Below, piece by piece: positions 29,379-42,974 of a stretch of 64,000 bases of DNA. The stretch comes from Eledone cirrhosa. Lineage: Eukaryota. A program made the position numbers and the translations under genes. The stretch spans positions 346,828,001 to 346,892,000 of the forward strand of contig OZ024743.1 in the NCBI GenBank assembly GCA_964016885.1, in the 5' to 3' direction. Each line of letters opens with the position of its first letter. Within the stretch, counting starts at the first letter, position 1. The notes below the pieces were generated by a model. It did no database searches. It saw only the letters and a list, made by a program, of their open reading frames with translations, and had not been told where the DNA came from.

Positions 29379-29805
29379 GGGTGGTGGATTGGCAATATCG
29401 GTAGCGCGTCGGACACCATGCTTTTCAGCATAGAGTTACATCCCTTTAAGTTCTGAGTTCAAATCCCTAGCTTTTCATCCTTAAGGGGTCGATAGTAATG
29501 CACTGGGGTAGATTTTAATAGACTTTCCCCGCCCTTTCAAATTTGCTGGTCTTGCGCCTAAATCAAAGAAACTATTATTATTATTATTATTGCGTGGTGG
29601 ATTGCTAATATGGTTAGAGCGTCGGACACCATGCTTTTCAGCATAGAGTTACGGACCTTTACGTTCTGAGTTCAAATCCCGCCGAGGTTAGCCTTACCTT
29701 TCGTCCTTAAGAGGTCGATAAAAAAGTACAAGTAATGCACAGGGGTCGATTTAATCGACTTCCCTCCCCAAATTACTGGCCTTATGCCTATATAAGAAAC
29801 CATTA
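29379..29805 (+). mobile_element. Two tandem family A SINEs (29379-29575, 29592-29805) separated by (TTA)n
   Basis: Both have the head, B box and core of family A. Confidence 0.85.
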
Positions 29806-30060
29806 TTTTTGTTGTTGTTGTAACTGCTGTTTTTTCACTTGATTTCAAATTCCCTTTCCTTTATATAATCCCCCACATTTTTTATTCCTTTCTTTTGTTT
29901 ACCTGTTCATCCTTGTATAGTTCACAAATTCGTGGGTCCGTGTGGCCAATAAAACGCATTATTGTTATTGTTAATATTGCTCTTTGTCATATTATTATCA
30001 TTATTATTGGTGTTGTTCGTGTCTGATAATAGTGTTGGTGCAGACACACACTCACTCTCC

Positions 30061-30173
<113 letters not shown>

Positions 30174-30654
30174 ATTTATTTGCGCGTCTTGTTTGTTGTC
30201 GTTTATCTTTAAACATTTTCGTTTTTCAATATTTCATTCTTTTTTTTGTTTTATTCATTATTTTATTTATTATCATCATTGTCGCGCATCCCTTAAGCTC
30301 AGATTTTTCAGATTTTCTTTTTCTTTTTTGCATTTAGTATCCGTTACTTAAGAACCCCACCTTCACACAAATCTTTAGTTTGCTCCTCCCTTTCACCTAA
30401 CTCCAGACATTCACCTTCCTCTACGAGGGTTAATCCGCCGCTGATGCCACCCGTAAGATCACTTTAGGTGTGGATAAGCCTTGCTTCTGGACAACACTGT
30501 TTGGTTGACTAGGAGGTTGTAGATTTTTATCTATAGTGTGTGTGGAGGGGGCTTGTCTATATTGTCATAAACATATACTATCGCACATACGCACACACTC
30601 TGACAGCACTTCACGTTCTCACTATAATAAATTTGCAAGCGCACATGCAAGCTT

Positions 30655-30935
30655 GGAGGCACATAGCCTAGTGGTAAGAGTGTTGGACTTACGATCATAA
30701 TGTCGTGGGCTCGATTCCTGGGTTGCGTGTTGTGTTCTTGAGCAAAACACTTTATTTCACGTTGCTCCAGTATACTCAGCTGAAAATGAGTACCAGCAAT
30801 AGCCGGAGGTTTAACCCTGCGATGGACTGGCGTCCTGTCCAGGGGGGAGTATTGTACTCTCAGTCGCTTCACCCCATGAAACCGGGATAAGCACCGGCCA
30901 AATGAGCCTTCAGGCTTAAGACAGACTTTAGACTT
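30655..30935 (+). mobile_element. Full-length tRNA-derived SINE (family B) with a 10-bp target-site duplication
   Basis: A box tagcctagtgg, B box ggctcgattcc, CORE-like gtgttcttgagcaaaacacttt, and V-SINE-like ccctgcgatggactggcgtcctgtccaggg. TSD catgcaagct at 30644-53 and 30939-48. Confidence 0.85.
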
Positions 30936-31678
30936 AGGCATGCAAGCTCACACTCTCTCTTTCTCCATGTGTGTATGTGTGTGTGTATATATATATGATC
31001 GCGCTCACATACAAATCTTACATTATGTCAATTTGTTATTTTTATTCATTTATATTACAAATGCCGTTCTGCCAATAATCAACTACACATATATACATTT
31101 TATAAAGTCACTATCATGTCAAAACTATATATAGGCCAATGCGCTATCAGGAAGATAGAATAACATTAACACAAGAAAATGTCCGCTAGATAAAAGAAAC
31201 GTTTTTCTTGGTCTCTCTTCCTCACGCACACACAATGAAACTCTTTCTTCCTCTCTCTCACTCATGCAACGAGAGCTACACCCACACAGACATGTACACA
31301 TACATAGACAAGTATAGATGTACACATACATAGACAGATAGGTAAACACATATAGAAATGGACAGCAGTCTGTGTCAGACGATCAAGGAATATTAAGAAA
31401 CGCCCGTAAAAGATTTGTGTTGTCTTTTCTATATTCTCTCCATGGGCATAAAGTTGGTGTCTTTCATAATATTTATAAACATATTCTTTGTCCTTACAAG
31501 AAAAATAACGAAAACATCAACAATGATATGGAGAATAATAATTAATAATGAAAACCGTTCTTCATTAGTTCTGCCATGGGCAAAATACACCGACGTGACA
31601 GCACAATAAAAAACAGATTCTTAGTGGACAATATGGAGATATATATTACAATACATTAATTATAATATGCAATGCAAC

Positions 31679-31801
<123 letters not shown>

Positions 31802-31843
31802 GTACCGAAAACATACATACAGAAAATAATATTTATATATTAT

Positions 31844-31960
<117 letters not shown>

Positions 31961-32469
31961 GTCGCTCCTGGGCGCTACTAGTAACATGTAACCCAATAGA
32001 ACCTGTTACATGGTCGCGTTGTTTGTGACTAAGCCGGTAACACCTCTAAGCTTGCTTTTGTTAGGATGGTGATTTGGGGTCATCCTGCGGGATTAAAAAA
32101 CCAAACCAGACAAAAGGCTGAGTAACTCAGGAGAGTCAACTGTCATACGAAACTATGGCATATGGATATATGTTGTGGGGTTGTTTGTGACTGTGTGAGT
32201 GCGTGAGATTATCTGTTCTTTGCATACTATCTTTTAAAACTTTGATAATGTTAAGAATTATTATTATTACATTTTAAACCTTTGTAACTTTATAAATTTT
32301 CATGTGGTTTCACCTGACGAAGGGGCAAGGATTTGTCCTGGTGCATGGAAATCAATGCTCGATCACGCCAACCATCAATTGATCTGTGACCTAGTCTGTA
32401 TCTGACAAGTGGCACACCGGCCCATGTACAGGAAATGCGTCTATGTGGAGTTTCGAATACCGAGCTATT

Positions 32470-33322
32470 GAGGCATCTTCAATCAGCAACGCTTCATAGC
32501 GAAAACGAGCAGTTCATTGTTTATAAATTTTCCTCGGCAGCTAGAGCTTTCAGGTTAACAATAAACATAAATAAGTCTGAATTCATGTTTCAACCAAGGC
32601 CAGGAAATGGTCTCGAAACTCGGTAACGGATTTATTTTGAACGTAAAATTCTTAAAACAGCCTGTAGTTTAACGTACCTTGATCAGCTGCAACTTGTAAT
32701 GGAAAGTCAGACAAGGAAACTGAAATATTCATAGGAAAGGCAAGTTCATGATGTATCATTTAAAACAAAAGTCGATATCTATAAAGCTGTTGTACTTATA
32801 CCTCGCTTTTATGGGGCAGAAGCGTTGACTCCCATCTCAAACATATAAATCAAATGAGTAGTTTCCATATGAGGTGCTTAAGGCAAATTTGTGCTGTAAA
32901 ATGGAATGATAGAGTGGATAGTAGAGAATTGTTATCGCAATATAATATTTCAGAAATAGAAACTTTCCTGATCAAATGTCTGCTGAGGTGTTGCAGCCTC
33001 GTTTTGAGAATAAAAGTTGAAAGAATTACAAAGCGAGTCTTGTTTGGTGAACTTAAAGGTTCTAGCCGAAAAATAGGCCGACCCTCTTTCGCTATAAAGA
33101 TAAGATTGGGAACAATTTGAAACGTCTTAATATGAATATTAACAGCTGGAAAACCGTTGCCAATAATAGGACAATGTAGAAAGCAATACCATATGAAGCT
33201 TATTAAAGTTGAAGGAAAATGTATGTAAATTGAAAACACAATTATAAACATAACCCGTTTCGCAGACTATCAATATATTCATTGCCACTTTTCAGCTAGG
33301 TCAAATGTTGGACTCAATAATT
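32470..33322 (+). mobile_element. Decayed, 5'-truncated RTE-clade (BovB-like) LINE: end of the RT domain and C-terminus
   Basis: Frame-shifted peptides HSENEQFIVYKFSSAARAFRLTININKSEFMFQP, FHMRCLRQICAVKWNDRV..RITKRVLFGELKGSSRKIGRP and HCHFSARSNVGL match typical RTE ORF motifs. Stops and frameshifts are present. Confidence 0.85.
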
Positions 33323-36200
33323 GACTGGTATATATTTTATCGACCCAGAACATTTGAAGTGCAAAATTTACCTCAAATTCCTTATTTGACAGGAGTATGT
33401 AGGTCAATTACACAATAAAGAAGCAATGTATACTCCCACCATATGTACATAGTTCCGTTACCTCTCACACACGTGGTAATTTTAATATTAGCCTTAATCT
33501 ATTTGTGATTTACTATTTGTTTTTATTTATATTACGGGGATAATGCATGGCCAAATCCTTAAGGTGGTATGTGTCTTTGGCAAATGTTTTCTGTAACAAC
33601 CTCTGCTAGACTCAGGATTTGTGCGTAAATTTGTTTAGATGGAAACGACTTAAAAGCATGCAGGTAGATTCTACCAGTAAATTAATGAGCCGGCCTTGTT
33701 AAGCACGTTGTTATGTTGAATCTTCCTGTAAATAACGTTAAGGATAATGCATGTGGAATGCTAAGCCACCAGGCTATTGTTCTGTTGAACGAATAACTGG
33801 AACACTCATCACCGAAACCAATGGAAGTTCACCCAAGCACATCACACAAAAATACAAACAAATATGCTAAGGAACCACCACCACCACCAATATTTTTTAC
33901 TCTGCCAGTCAGAAGGACTTGAATTGGAGAACGTTAGTTCAAATATGCAATGAGGGAGGATAAATAAATAAAAAGAATAGGGCGGGGAATATTAATTCTA
34001 GCCTGAGCAGTGGAGTGGAGCCAGTTTAAAACCTCAACTTCGTCCCGAGATTTGACAGCTTGTTGATGAAGTCGTATTGAAACAATGCCTTGTCATTACT
34101 GTAACGTCGTAAAACTGTCCTAACAGTCAGACCGTTGGCTGACTATTACACTTCGTCCTCGGTAGACGCTGTATGGTTTTATGGTTGACGTCTGTCTACA
34201 GAGGTGGAAAGGATGTGAACGTATAGCTTATTGCTTAATGGGTGGAAACGACGTTGCACATGCTGGGTGTATGCGTGTACAACTTAACATATGTCTGCAT
34301 AAACGTACACGCTCACATAGACATATACGTTCAGACACACATTCATCTTCGGTGTCAGAAGGTGTGGCAGTGTTTAACGCTTTTCTCTTTTGTGGGGGGT
34401 AGGGATTCCCTCTCTCAATAGAATAGGAAGCAAGATTGGGATAGAACTCACAGGGTTGTTACATGTTCAAAATGGAATTATGCGGAATTCATAACCAAAA
34501 TAAATTAGATTTACAGATGGATATATTGCAGGCGGGAAGGAAACAAAGAATAAGGCTTCAAGGATATATGCGGTTTTATAAATGAGTGTAGAACATTTAT
34601 TTAGATAGGAATGGCCTGACTTTTAAAAATTCAAAATTATAATGTATCCTTTAAGAGACGCATGTCTGCTTATAACGCTGGTTAACTGGTCAGAGGTTGA
34701 CGAATTTAACCGAAGATATGACGGTTCCGAGTAAACATTCAAAGTTTATATTTTAGTAAAAATGATATTGCTTCGAGAATAGACTATAATCTCTTTCTCA
34801 CTATATATATTTCTTTCTCTCTCTCTCCCTCATTCTGTATATTCATATACTTACTTATGCACGCGCGCGCGCGCATACGCGCCCATATATATATACATGT
34901 AATTATAATGTTCAGTTCTCCATGAAGAATATATCTATACACTTTACAGCCATTGATTGCTACAAGAAAAAGATTATGAATATATATGTGGTCCCCATCA
35001 TGGCCACAGTCTAATGACGGAAACCAGTAAATAAGCCTATATAATAAAAAGCCTTCTTTCGATGATCCTCTTTATCATCGTTTTCTTTTCAATGCGTTTT
35101 GAAAGTTTGGTATTCGGTTTGAGGAGGATTTGGCAACTATTTCTAGCAGAAATATTGGAAGAAAATTGTAGATGTATTGTCAATTAGATTGTGAATGTTG
35201 AGGTTATAAGGTAAGGGAATAAATAGCAAATATGCACCAAAACTGGTTTTTAAATCTTTATTCGGAACATCTATGAACTACACCACTACTCTCATTATTA
35301 AACAGTTAATAGATAAATAAAAATCAATGATGTTAGGGCCGAAGATAATTATGATGATGATATCAAAAAGGGTTGATGATGGATGTAAGGATGAGTGAAT
35401 AGTGGGCTGGGTTGGTTTGGAAATAGAATACTGGACGTTGAATTAGAAGAGGGAATGTTTAAGGAGAAAAAATAAATTTCAGCTTTAGAGACAAAGGAAA
35501 GAATTAGAAAAAGAGAGTAAAGGAGTGAGTAAACTACACAAATTTTTCTCAAATAAACACGCGCGTGCGCATACATACACATATACATTTACACACATTC
35601 AAATTATTCGTTCCTTGTCGGATGAATGTGTATGTATAAATTATTAAAGACACACAATCTAAAAAGGGGAAAAAACATGAAATAATTTAAAGAATATGAA
35701 CTAAAAGATAAAGTATAGAATAAAGCTTAAAAAAATAAAAGCCGAGTAAAATAAAATGCCTTCGACTAAAACTATAAAGCAACAATAACAACAACAACAC
35801 CGTGAGAGACGAAATTTTCAACAAGCATGACATTTATTTTCTAAGCAAAGACAATTCAGCTGTCCTCCATTATTTCCGTCTGATTGAACATTCTAGAAAG
35901 ATGGTGTAGGATGTTCCTGGAACGACGTCGAAGACAACAATAACAACTAGAATAGTGAATTTGAAATAAGTAAATGGATATTACTTGGGTGGCGGTGGTG
36001 GTGTTTATGGTGGAATGGGGAAAGCAGAGAGCGTAAATATATCTCTACACTTACATATACGTGTAAATTTACAATGAATATGTGCTGACGACATGTAGAA
36101 TTTATTTATTCAACAGTGGGGATTCTTTCTTTCTCTCGGAACTCGGAGTAGTTTCCTCGGTCGTATGGCATTTACTCCAAGTCTGTTGTGATTCCATTTC

Positions 36201-36284
36201 GTTAGTTCAAACGATATTTCAAGCGATTACGAGAGTAAATCTGTTAGTTCAAACTATATCTCAAGAGATTACGAGAGTAAATCT
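36201..36284 (+). repeat. 42-bp tandem duplication
   Basis: gttagttcaaacgatatttcaagcgattacgagagtaaatct followed by gttagttcaaactatatctcaagagattacgagagtaaatct (3 differences). Confidence 0.9.
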
Positions 36285-36316
36285 GAATAGCAGTAGCTTT
36301 AATTAACAAACCTCAA

Positions 36317-36347
<31 letters not shown>

Positions 36348-36938
36348 GTTTACATTTATTGAGTATGCGTACATAACTATTTGTGAGCTAGTCACGTGTG
36401 CGTTTCTGTATTTTTATTTACGTATCTGTTCTCGAGCTTGTGAGTGAGTGTGCGTGCGCGCACACATGCGAGGTTGAGTGTGGCGGATGTAAACCAAGTA
36501 CTCGTGTTTTAGATGAGAAAACGTTCTTCGACGAAGGAATTATTCAACCATACAAATCAGAAAAGAAAGCATACTTCTAAAGGAGACTTGAAACAAAAGC
36601 TCAATAATCTCTACAAAATGGCTGACATCAGTATTGAGAGGAAGCTTGAAGTGGCTACGATGGACATGTTATAGGTTAGGAGTGGGGGTGGTGAAATTGG
36701 GGGAGGAGCAATACATGAACAGTAAACGATCTACATGATCAGTGTATATAAAACAAATATCATTGGCTGTTTGTTTTTACTAACACTAGACTTAAATCCA
36801 TAAATTCCTTTTAAATGTTCTTCTTTCAACGTAATGTTAACGGTGCTGGCGATGATAATGTCATTGATGGTCGTTGTTCTACTACTACTAGTACTACTAC
36901 TACTACTACTACTACTACCAACCATACTACTGCTAATG

Positions 36939-36985
<47 letters not shown>

Positions 36986-38662
36986 AATCCATATTTAATT
37001 TGAGACGGAAACAAGCATATTAATGTAGAGCAGATGTACCGAGTGTCTCGATAGACAAATTTGAATAGTACAGGACTTAAATTAAAAATATTCAACTGAA
37101 TACGGAAATGTGTTTAATACGATGTTTTGCCACTTCAGATAATAACAATAATAACAATTACGTTGGTAAAAAAGCAGAAAGATAATGCTAAATGATAAAA
37201 CAAAAATGTTCAATAACAAAAAAATGTGTGCATGTGTGATGACACTTATACTAACAAAAAGAAAAGGAAAAGAAATCCTGACACATATCATGTCACTGTT
37301 TGTAACGCTAGTCTAGTCGGTTTGGGTTAACAACTCAATGATAAAATTATCGATTATTTTAGTCTGATATTGGTACTGGAAATAGGTGAATCAATTAAAG
37401 AAGCAACATCAGCAGTAACTTTCTCAGAAATCAATACTATATAGTAGATTGCACTAAACATTTTTCAGCTGATCAAGGCGCGTGTTTGTGTGTGAGGGGT
37501 TGAGTATGGCTGGTTGCATTTGTATTGGGGTGGTGAAGGAGTGAAAGATCTTGTGATATGATACGTGCCAGGATAAAGACGGCGGGCAAAGAAAAATCAT
37601 AGTGAAAGTAATTTTAATAGCACGATTAGAGAGAAGGGAAAACATTAACAAAGCTTATCGGACGCCATCATTGTATATAACTTCCGATTTCACTCAGATA
37701 CATGGATGTGTTGGTGGCGTTTGTGACATCAGTAATTGATGATGATGGTGATTGCGATGATGATGATCGGTGTTGTGCTAATGATATGGCCTTCATATTT
37801 ACCTCATTCATATCACTCAAAGCTATGACATTATTTGATGAATTTTATTCTAGCATGTTTTCGTCCCTTAGAATTAGCTAAAATAAATTGAAGAATACTC
37901 TCTGTTCACATCCTAATATATTTCCGAGCGTGCTCGTACATTCTGATTTCTGTTGCGTTGTTCGTAAGAAAATGAAGAGTCATTGTCTTCGTAGCATACT
38001 GTGTGAAGCATCGGTTGTTTGAATCATGTTTACATTTGAGTTGTAACTAAATGGGCAACAAAACACGCTAACATTGCATCATTCTGAAGATGAGATTATG
38101 ACTTGCAAGAAATGTTCAAGGAAACTGCCGAGAACACACAGTTTAATATGAAAAAAGAAATGATATAGAGCAATAAAACTAGGGCATAGTCGTATTTTCA
38201 ATACAGCATGTATACATATATATTGGATACAGCACATTGGCCGAAAGTGCTGTGTATGTTAGTAGAAAAACAAATTAGTCAAGTAATATATTCGTTAAAG
38301 CACATGTCCGAAAACGTTTGCATCAAATATATTGAAAGATATAGAAACTTAATTTCATTTAATTAAAGAATTACTGTAATTTTGCAATGATGAAGATAAA
38401 AAATTATTCCATAATAAAAGAATATTAATAGAAATGCTTCGAAACCTATTCTTGCCTTTGCTTCAAATGTTTTCGATCAATTTGTCTCTTGGAAAATTTG
38501 TCTTTTGACCGATATTCTTTGAATATTTCTTTTCTTTTGTGACTCGTGCTTTTTGTATGAATGCTTCTAGCACAATATATGATTATGGTTGTTGTTAAGT
38601 GAATGATTTGTGAATTAAACGAAAATGTGTTATTAATTTCTTAATTTTCTTTTCTTCTTTAG

Positions 38663-40774
38663 GTCAGTCTGCTTCCTCTCCCAAGCGGGCCAATGGTGAT
38701 GCTCACGTCTGTGGCAAATGCAAGGAAGAATTTCTCGATCTGGCAGAATTTCTTGCTCACAAAAAATCCTGCACACATCTGCAACAGCAAGAAACTGAAC
38801 AGCAGGATGACCTTTGTTCTTCTGAAGTAGATCCAGATGGCGAATTTCACACAGAATCTCCTTACGCACTTGCTCTTCATGAATCCGAAACTTTCACGAA
38901 TTCAACGGAAGTAGCCCTTAAAAGTATCACGGACTCAATAGATGCTACATCCGCTGCTCCTTTTTTTCTGCGGCTCAATCTTGATGGTAAAATAAATCAT
39001 AGAGACGTTGATGATATCGTTGATGAAGACATCGACGATGTCGACAACGACGACGATGATGTCGGTGTTGATGTTGATGAGGACGATGTTGACGAAGGTG
39101 GGGGTGATGGTGGCGGAGGAGGTGGCGATGACGGTGGAGGCGGCGGTGGCGGTTGTGGTGGCGGTGGTGGTGGTGGTGGTGGCGAAGACGACGATATCAT
39201 CGATGATGATGAAGATGATGAAGACGGTATGAACGACGACGATGACGATGAAAATGTCATCGGCAACAGCAACAATAACGACACCCACGACAACAGCGAA
39301 AGCGACAACAACATCATCAACAACACCAATAATAACACCAACAATGACAACAACAACAACGACGTCGTCGACGACATTGACGACGGCGATCACAATATTG
39401 TCAGCAGCAACTCTACCAACAATAACAGCAGTAACAACAGCATCATCACCAGCAACAGCATCATCAACAGTAACAGCTTTCACAGCAGCTTCAGCAGTAA
39501 CAGCCACCATCTATACCATTTACATCCTCATCATCATCACCACCATCATCTCCACCACTCTCTTGCTAATAGTGCCAGTAGCTCGGTTGTTGCAACCAGC
39601 AACAGCATGAGGATGTCACCAGAACAATGTTCGGAGAAATACAACCCCTTATTAATAAACGGGGTGGAGAAGGACGCTAACAACTATGATATAAACGGCA
39701 GCGAGTTTTTACATCTTGACGAAGGACGGAAATATCTCTCGGAATCGAACCCTCAACTACCTCACTTTCCACTTCATCCTTATTCGTCAAGCCTTTTAAA
39801 CGGCGCAAGTACTGGAGGCAATGTTATCATTGAACCCCTACCCGAGACTAGAGCGGCGGTTGCGCAGTTTGCTGAAACGAACAGCGCAGTGGCAGCGGCA
39901 GCAGCAGCAGCGGCAGCAGCTTCTGCCGCCGTCACCGCCACAGATATGGCTTCATTGCGTGCTTCTATTTACGGCCTCCATCAGCAGGCCAACGCTTTCA
40001 TTCAGTGTGTTAACATGTTCGAGGAACGTTTTATGGCGTTTGCATCGAGTTTGGGTTCGGGCCCCACAGCCGCCGCGGCAGGGCTGCATTTGTTGAATGG
40101 ACCGTCTTCTCTAAACCCACCAGTAGTGAATACCTCAACAGGTCTTCTATCGACGGCTATTCCGTCTTCTTTAGTAAGTGGTGGTGGTGGCATTAATGCT
40201 GGTCTCGGCGGAAATGGTGGTGGTGGTGGTGGTGGTGGTGGTGGTATTGGTGGTAGTGGTGTTGGCGTTGTTGTCCCGTCTGCGATAGGACAACAAACTT
40301 CATTAATGGACAGTGCATCTCCGGCTGTTGCTGGCAGCTTACCGAACTCACTTGAGGTTGTGACCACCACTGCAATGTGTACGATGCGGCACACAACGGC
40401 GGTCCTCAACCAGGCCGGCGGCATACAGACTCAGTGCCATGCACTACCACCAAGTGGACATCATCAAATCAGTAGTAGTAACAACAGCGGTAGCATTAGT
40501 AGTAGTGGTATCAATAGCATCATCAGCAACAATGTCGCTAGTTGTCTGACAGGTGGCAGCCTTATAAGCAGCAGCACAGGCAGCGGTAGCCTCATCAATA
40601 GCCATCACCATAATCATCATCATCATCATCACCACAGTGCAACACCAATCGTGTCGTCCGTAATACATCATTTACATCCGCACCAGGAGAGTCATGAAAG
40701 TACTCAGTTACACACAAACCTCACATCCTTGCCATCATCACATACAACTTCAATGGAATACTCTCCTTACCACG
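38663..40774 (+). CDS. sall: Internal coding exon of a Spalt-like (SALL/salm) zinc-finger transcription factor (704 codons, phase 1-1)
   Basis: Acceptor is a polypyrimidine tract plus AG (tttcttctttag|gt, AG at 38661-62); donor is cacg|gtaagt (40774/40775). The frame is open throughout and joins ORF 39229-40824. It encodes NGDAHVCGKCKEEFLDLAEFLAHKKSC (C-x2-C-x12-H-x3-C, 38710-38772), like the SALL1 N-terminal finger recalled as [25 protein letters not shown], and NVIIEPLPETRAAVAQFAE (from 39820), like SALL NVIIENLQSTKVAVAQF. The hydrophobic helix at 39946-40047 sits where the Q-rich domain is expected. Poly-D/G/N/H/A/S tracts lie between these motifs. Confidence 0.88.
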
Positions 40775-41386
40775 GTAAGTACTCTTTTTTTTCCTTTTTA
40801 GTGTTATGTTATTATACGCAGTGATGTATTATATGTTATATATATTCTTTATTCTGTTTTTATTTAAAGCGCCTTTACGAAATATATAAAGATGAATTAA
40901 TATATACAAAAATAACATTCTACTGATCCTAACTGGAGACGTAAAATATACAGAAACGGACCTGTCCATTGAATGGCAGCAGTGAAAATTATAGACAATT
41001 ATATGTATAAACAACATAGATTGCTTTAAAGAAAGAGAAAGAATTAAGAAACAAGATATTTCTCAACATTTCCTCTCTTAAACCAATGATTTAACCAATG
41101 ATTGAACAGACTGTATTATATATAAAGAATTATATAATTAGGCAGATAATACTGTGGCTAAGTTCAGATTGTGTATAGAGATTACCGAATCAAGTAATGT
41201 CAACGAACATAATAAGCCATAAAAACGGGGAATCACATAATATATATTTAGGAGTTACCAAGCACAAACTGGCGAGAGCCCTGCATTCGAAAAGGGTTAA
41301 TTTTTCTGAAACCTTGCCATCACTGAAAAAATACTCATTTTCTGAATGTACATGGAGTTAGATTAATATGATCTATTTATTTATTT

Positions 41387-41481
<95 letters not shown>

Positions 41482-42974
41482 TTCATTATGGCTGAATAGT
41501 GAATCATGTTAGTCTGGAGTTTCGCCTGTTTATTACAGGGCTGTCGCATCTGATGACTATTTAGCCTTAATAAAATGAATATTTAAACTCTATATCTGTA
41601 TTCAGTACTCTTCCGCCTAAGCCGTCAACCACACACACACATATACATATACACACACACACATATATATATATATATAGGGACTAATATTTTCATAAAT
41701 TTGTGTATATAATGTCTTTAGATATTCTTTTCTAATAAAGACAATTCCGTAATTGTCCAGTAGATCTTCATACAGAAATCTATTTTAACTCACTTTGTTT
41801 TATTTGGATAGACAGACTTCTTAGGTTACCAGACAATGATTTGCTTTACATCTCCCGGCTCAATATCGTGTGTTCAAAGTCAGCTTTCTCATTCTTAAAT
41901 GGACATTTAAGGTCAATAAAATACCAGTCAGATACTGGGATCGATTTAATTCATTATCCTTTCTCCTAAAAAGTGATTGCTATATTAGAACCTGTGTTTG
42001 TGCGTATTTGTTCTCTCCAAAAATAATCTCGTTGTTTTTCTCGCGTTATCAATATAGCCGTTCCTCCTCTTCTCCACGTTGCTTCTGATAAGCCAAATTA
42101 CAATTTCTGATGCAAATGTCGCTTGAAATAAACCATATGCACACACGATCATCTAGCATAAAGCTAATTCAGTTCCAGAAGCAAGGAGAACATATAGATA
42201 ATAGAAAGCGAAACAAAATACAAACATCAAGAGAAACAAAATCACTACTACTACTATTGAAGATAATCGTATATTCTACAAAAGCAATGCAGCTCTTTAT
42301 CATATACTATACAATTTAACCTATTTGAGTCGAAGGGTGACCCTCATTATTTTGGGGTCGAAATGTATAGTACAAGAGAACTAGCGGAATTGTTAGAGTA
42401 TTAGATGAGATACCTCGCTGTAACTGTTCCAGCTATGCGCTTTCTATGTTCAAACCCTACATCTTTTTCCCCCTCATAAAAATTGATGAAATGATAATAG
42501 TGGGTTCTCCGTCAAATAAAAACCACAAAGCCACATAGGAGCGCGCCTAAACTCAGGCAAGCATATCAATTTTCTTCCATTAGCTCAAACACTTTACTCG
42601 AATACTGAGTTTTAATCCATTTAATTTTACAATTTAACTGCAATTGAGAACTTATAACACATAACCTGTACTTATTGGAGTAAATACAAGGAAAAAAAAA
42701 CATGGCAGTCGTCCAAATATTTATCAATTTTTATGATACAGATTGACTCGGTATTGAGTGGTTCATTCATTCGTCCTACTGATGTGCGTGTGTATGTTTA
42801 TGACTCTGCGAACTAGTGTTGTACGTTGTGACCCATTATGCCTTGAAATTACAAACTTGACATAGAAGGATCGAGAAAATAATTAGAATACTGAAATAAG
42901 TTTTGGAGGCAATATATTAAGACTAATACTCTGGGAAGTGGCACACTAGAAGAGATAATATATAATATATATAT

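Noticed and set aside
30655-30725. tRNA gene
   Set aside because: A/B boxes are present but there is no acceptor stem or terminator; it continues into a SINE body with a TSD.
38080-38120. CUGAAGA...GAAA hammerhead-like spacing
   Set aside because: Stems I and II do not pair adequately and there is no element context; this is a likely chance match.
38633-40671. Antisense and alternate-frame ORFs overlapping the Spalt exon
   Set aside because: They are by-products of trinucleotide-repeat-rich coding sequence; only the frame of 39229-40824 carries conserved motifs.
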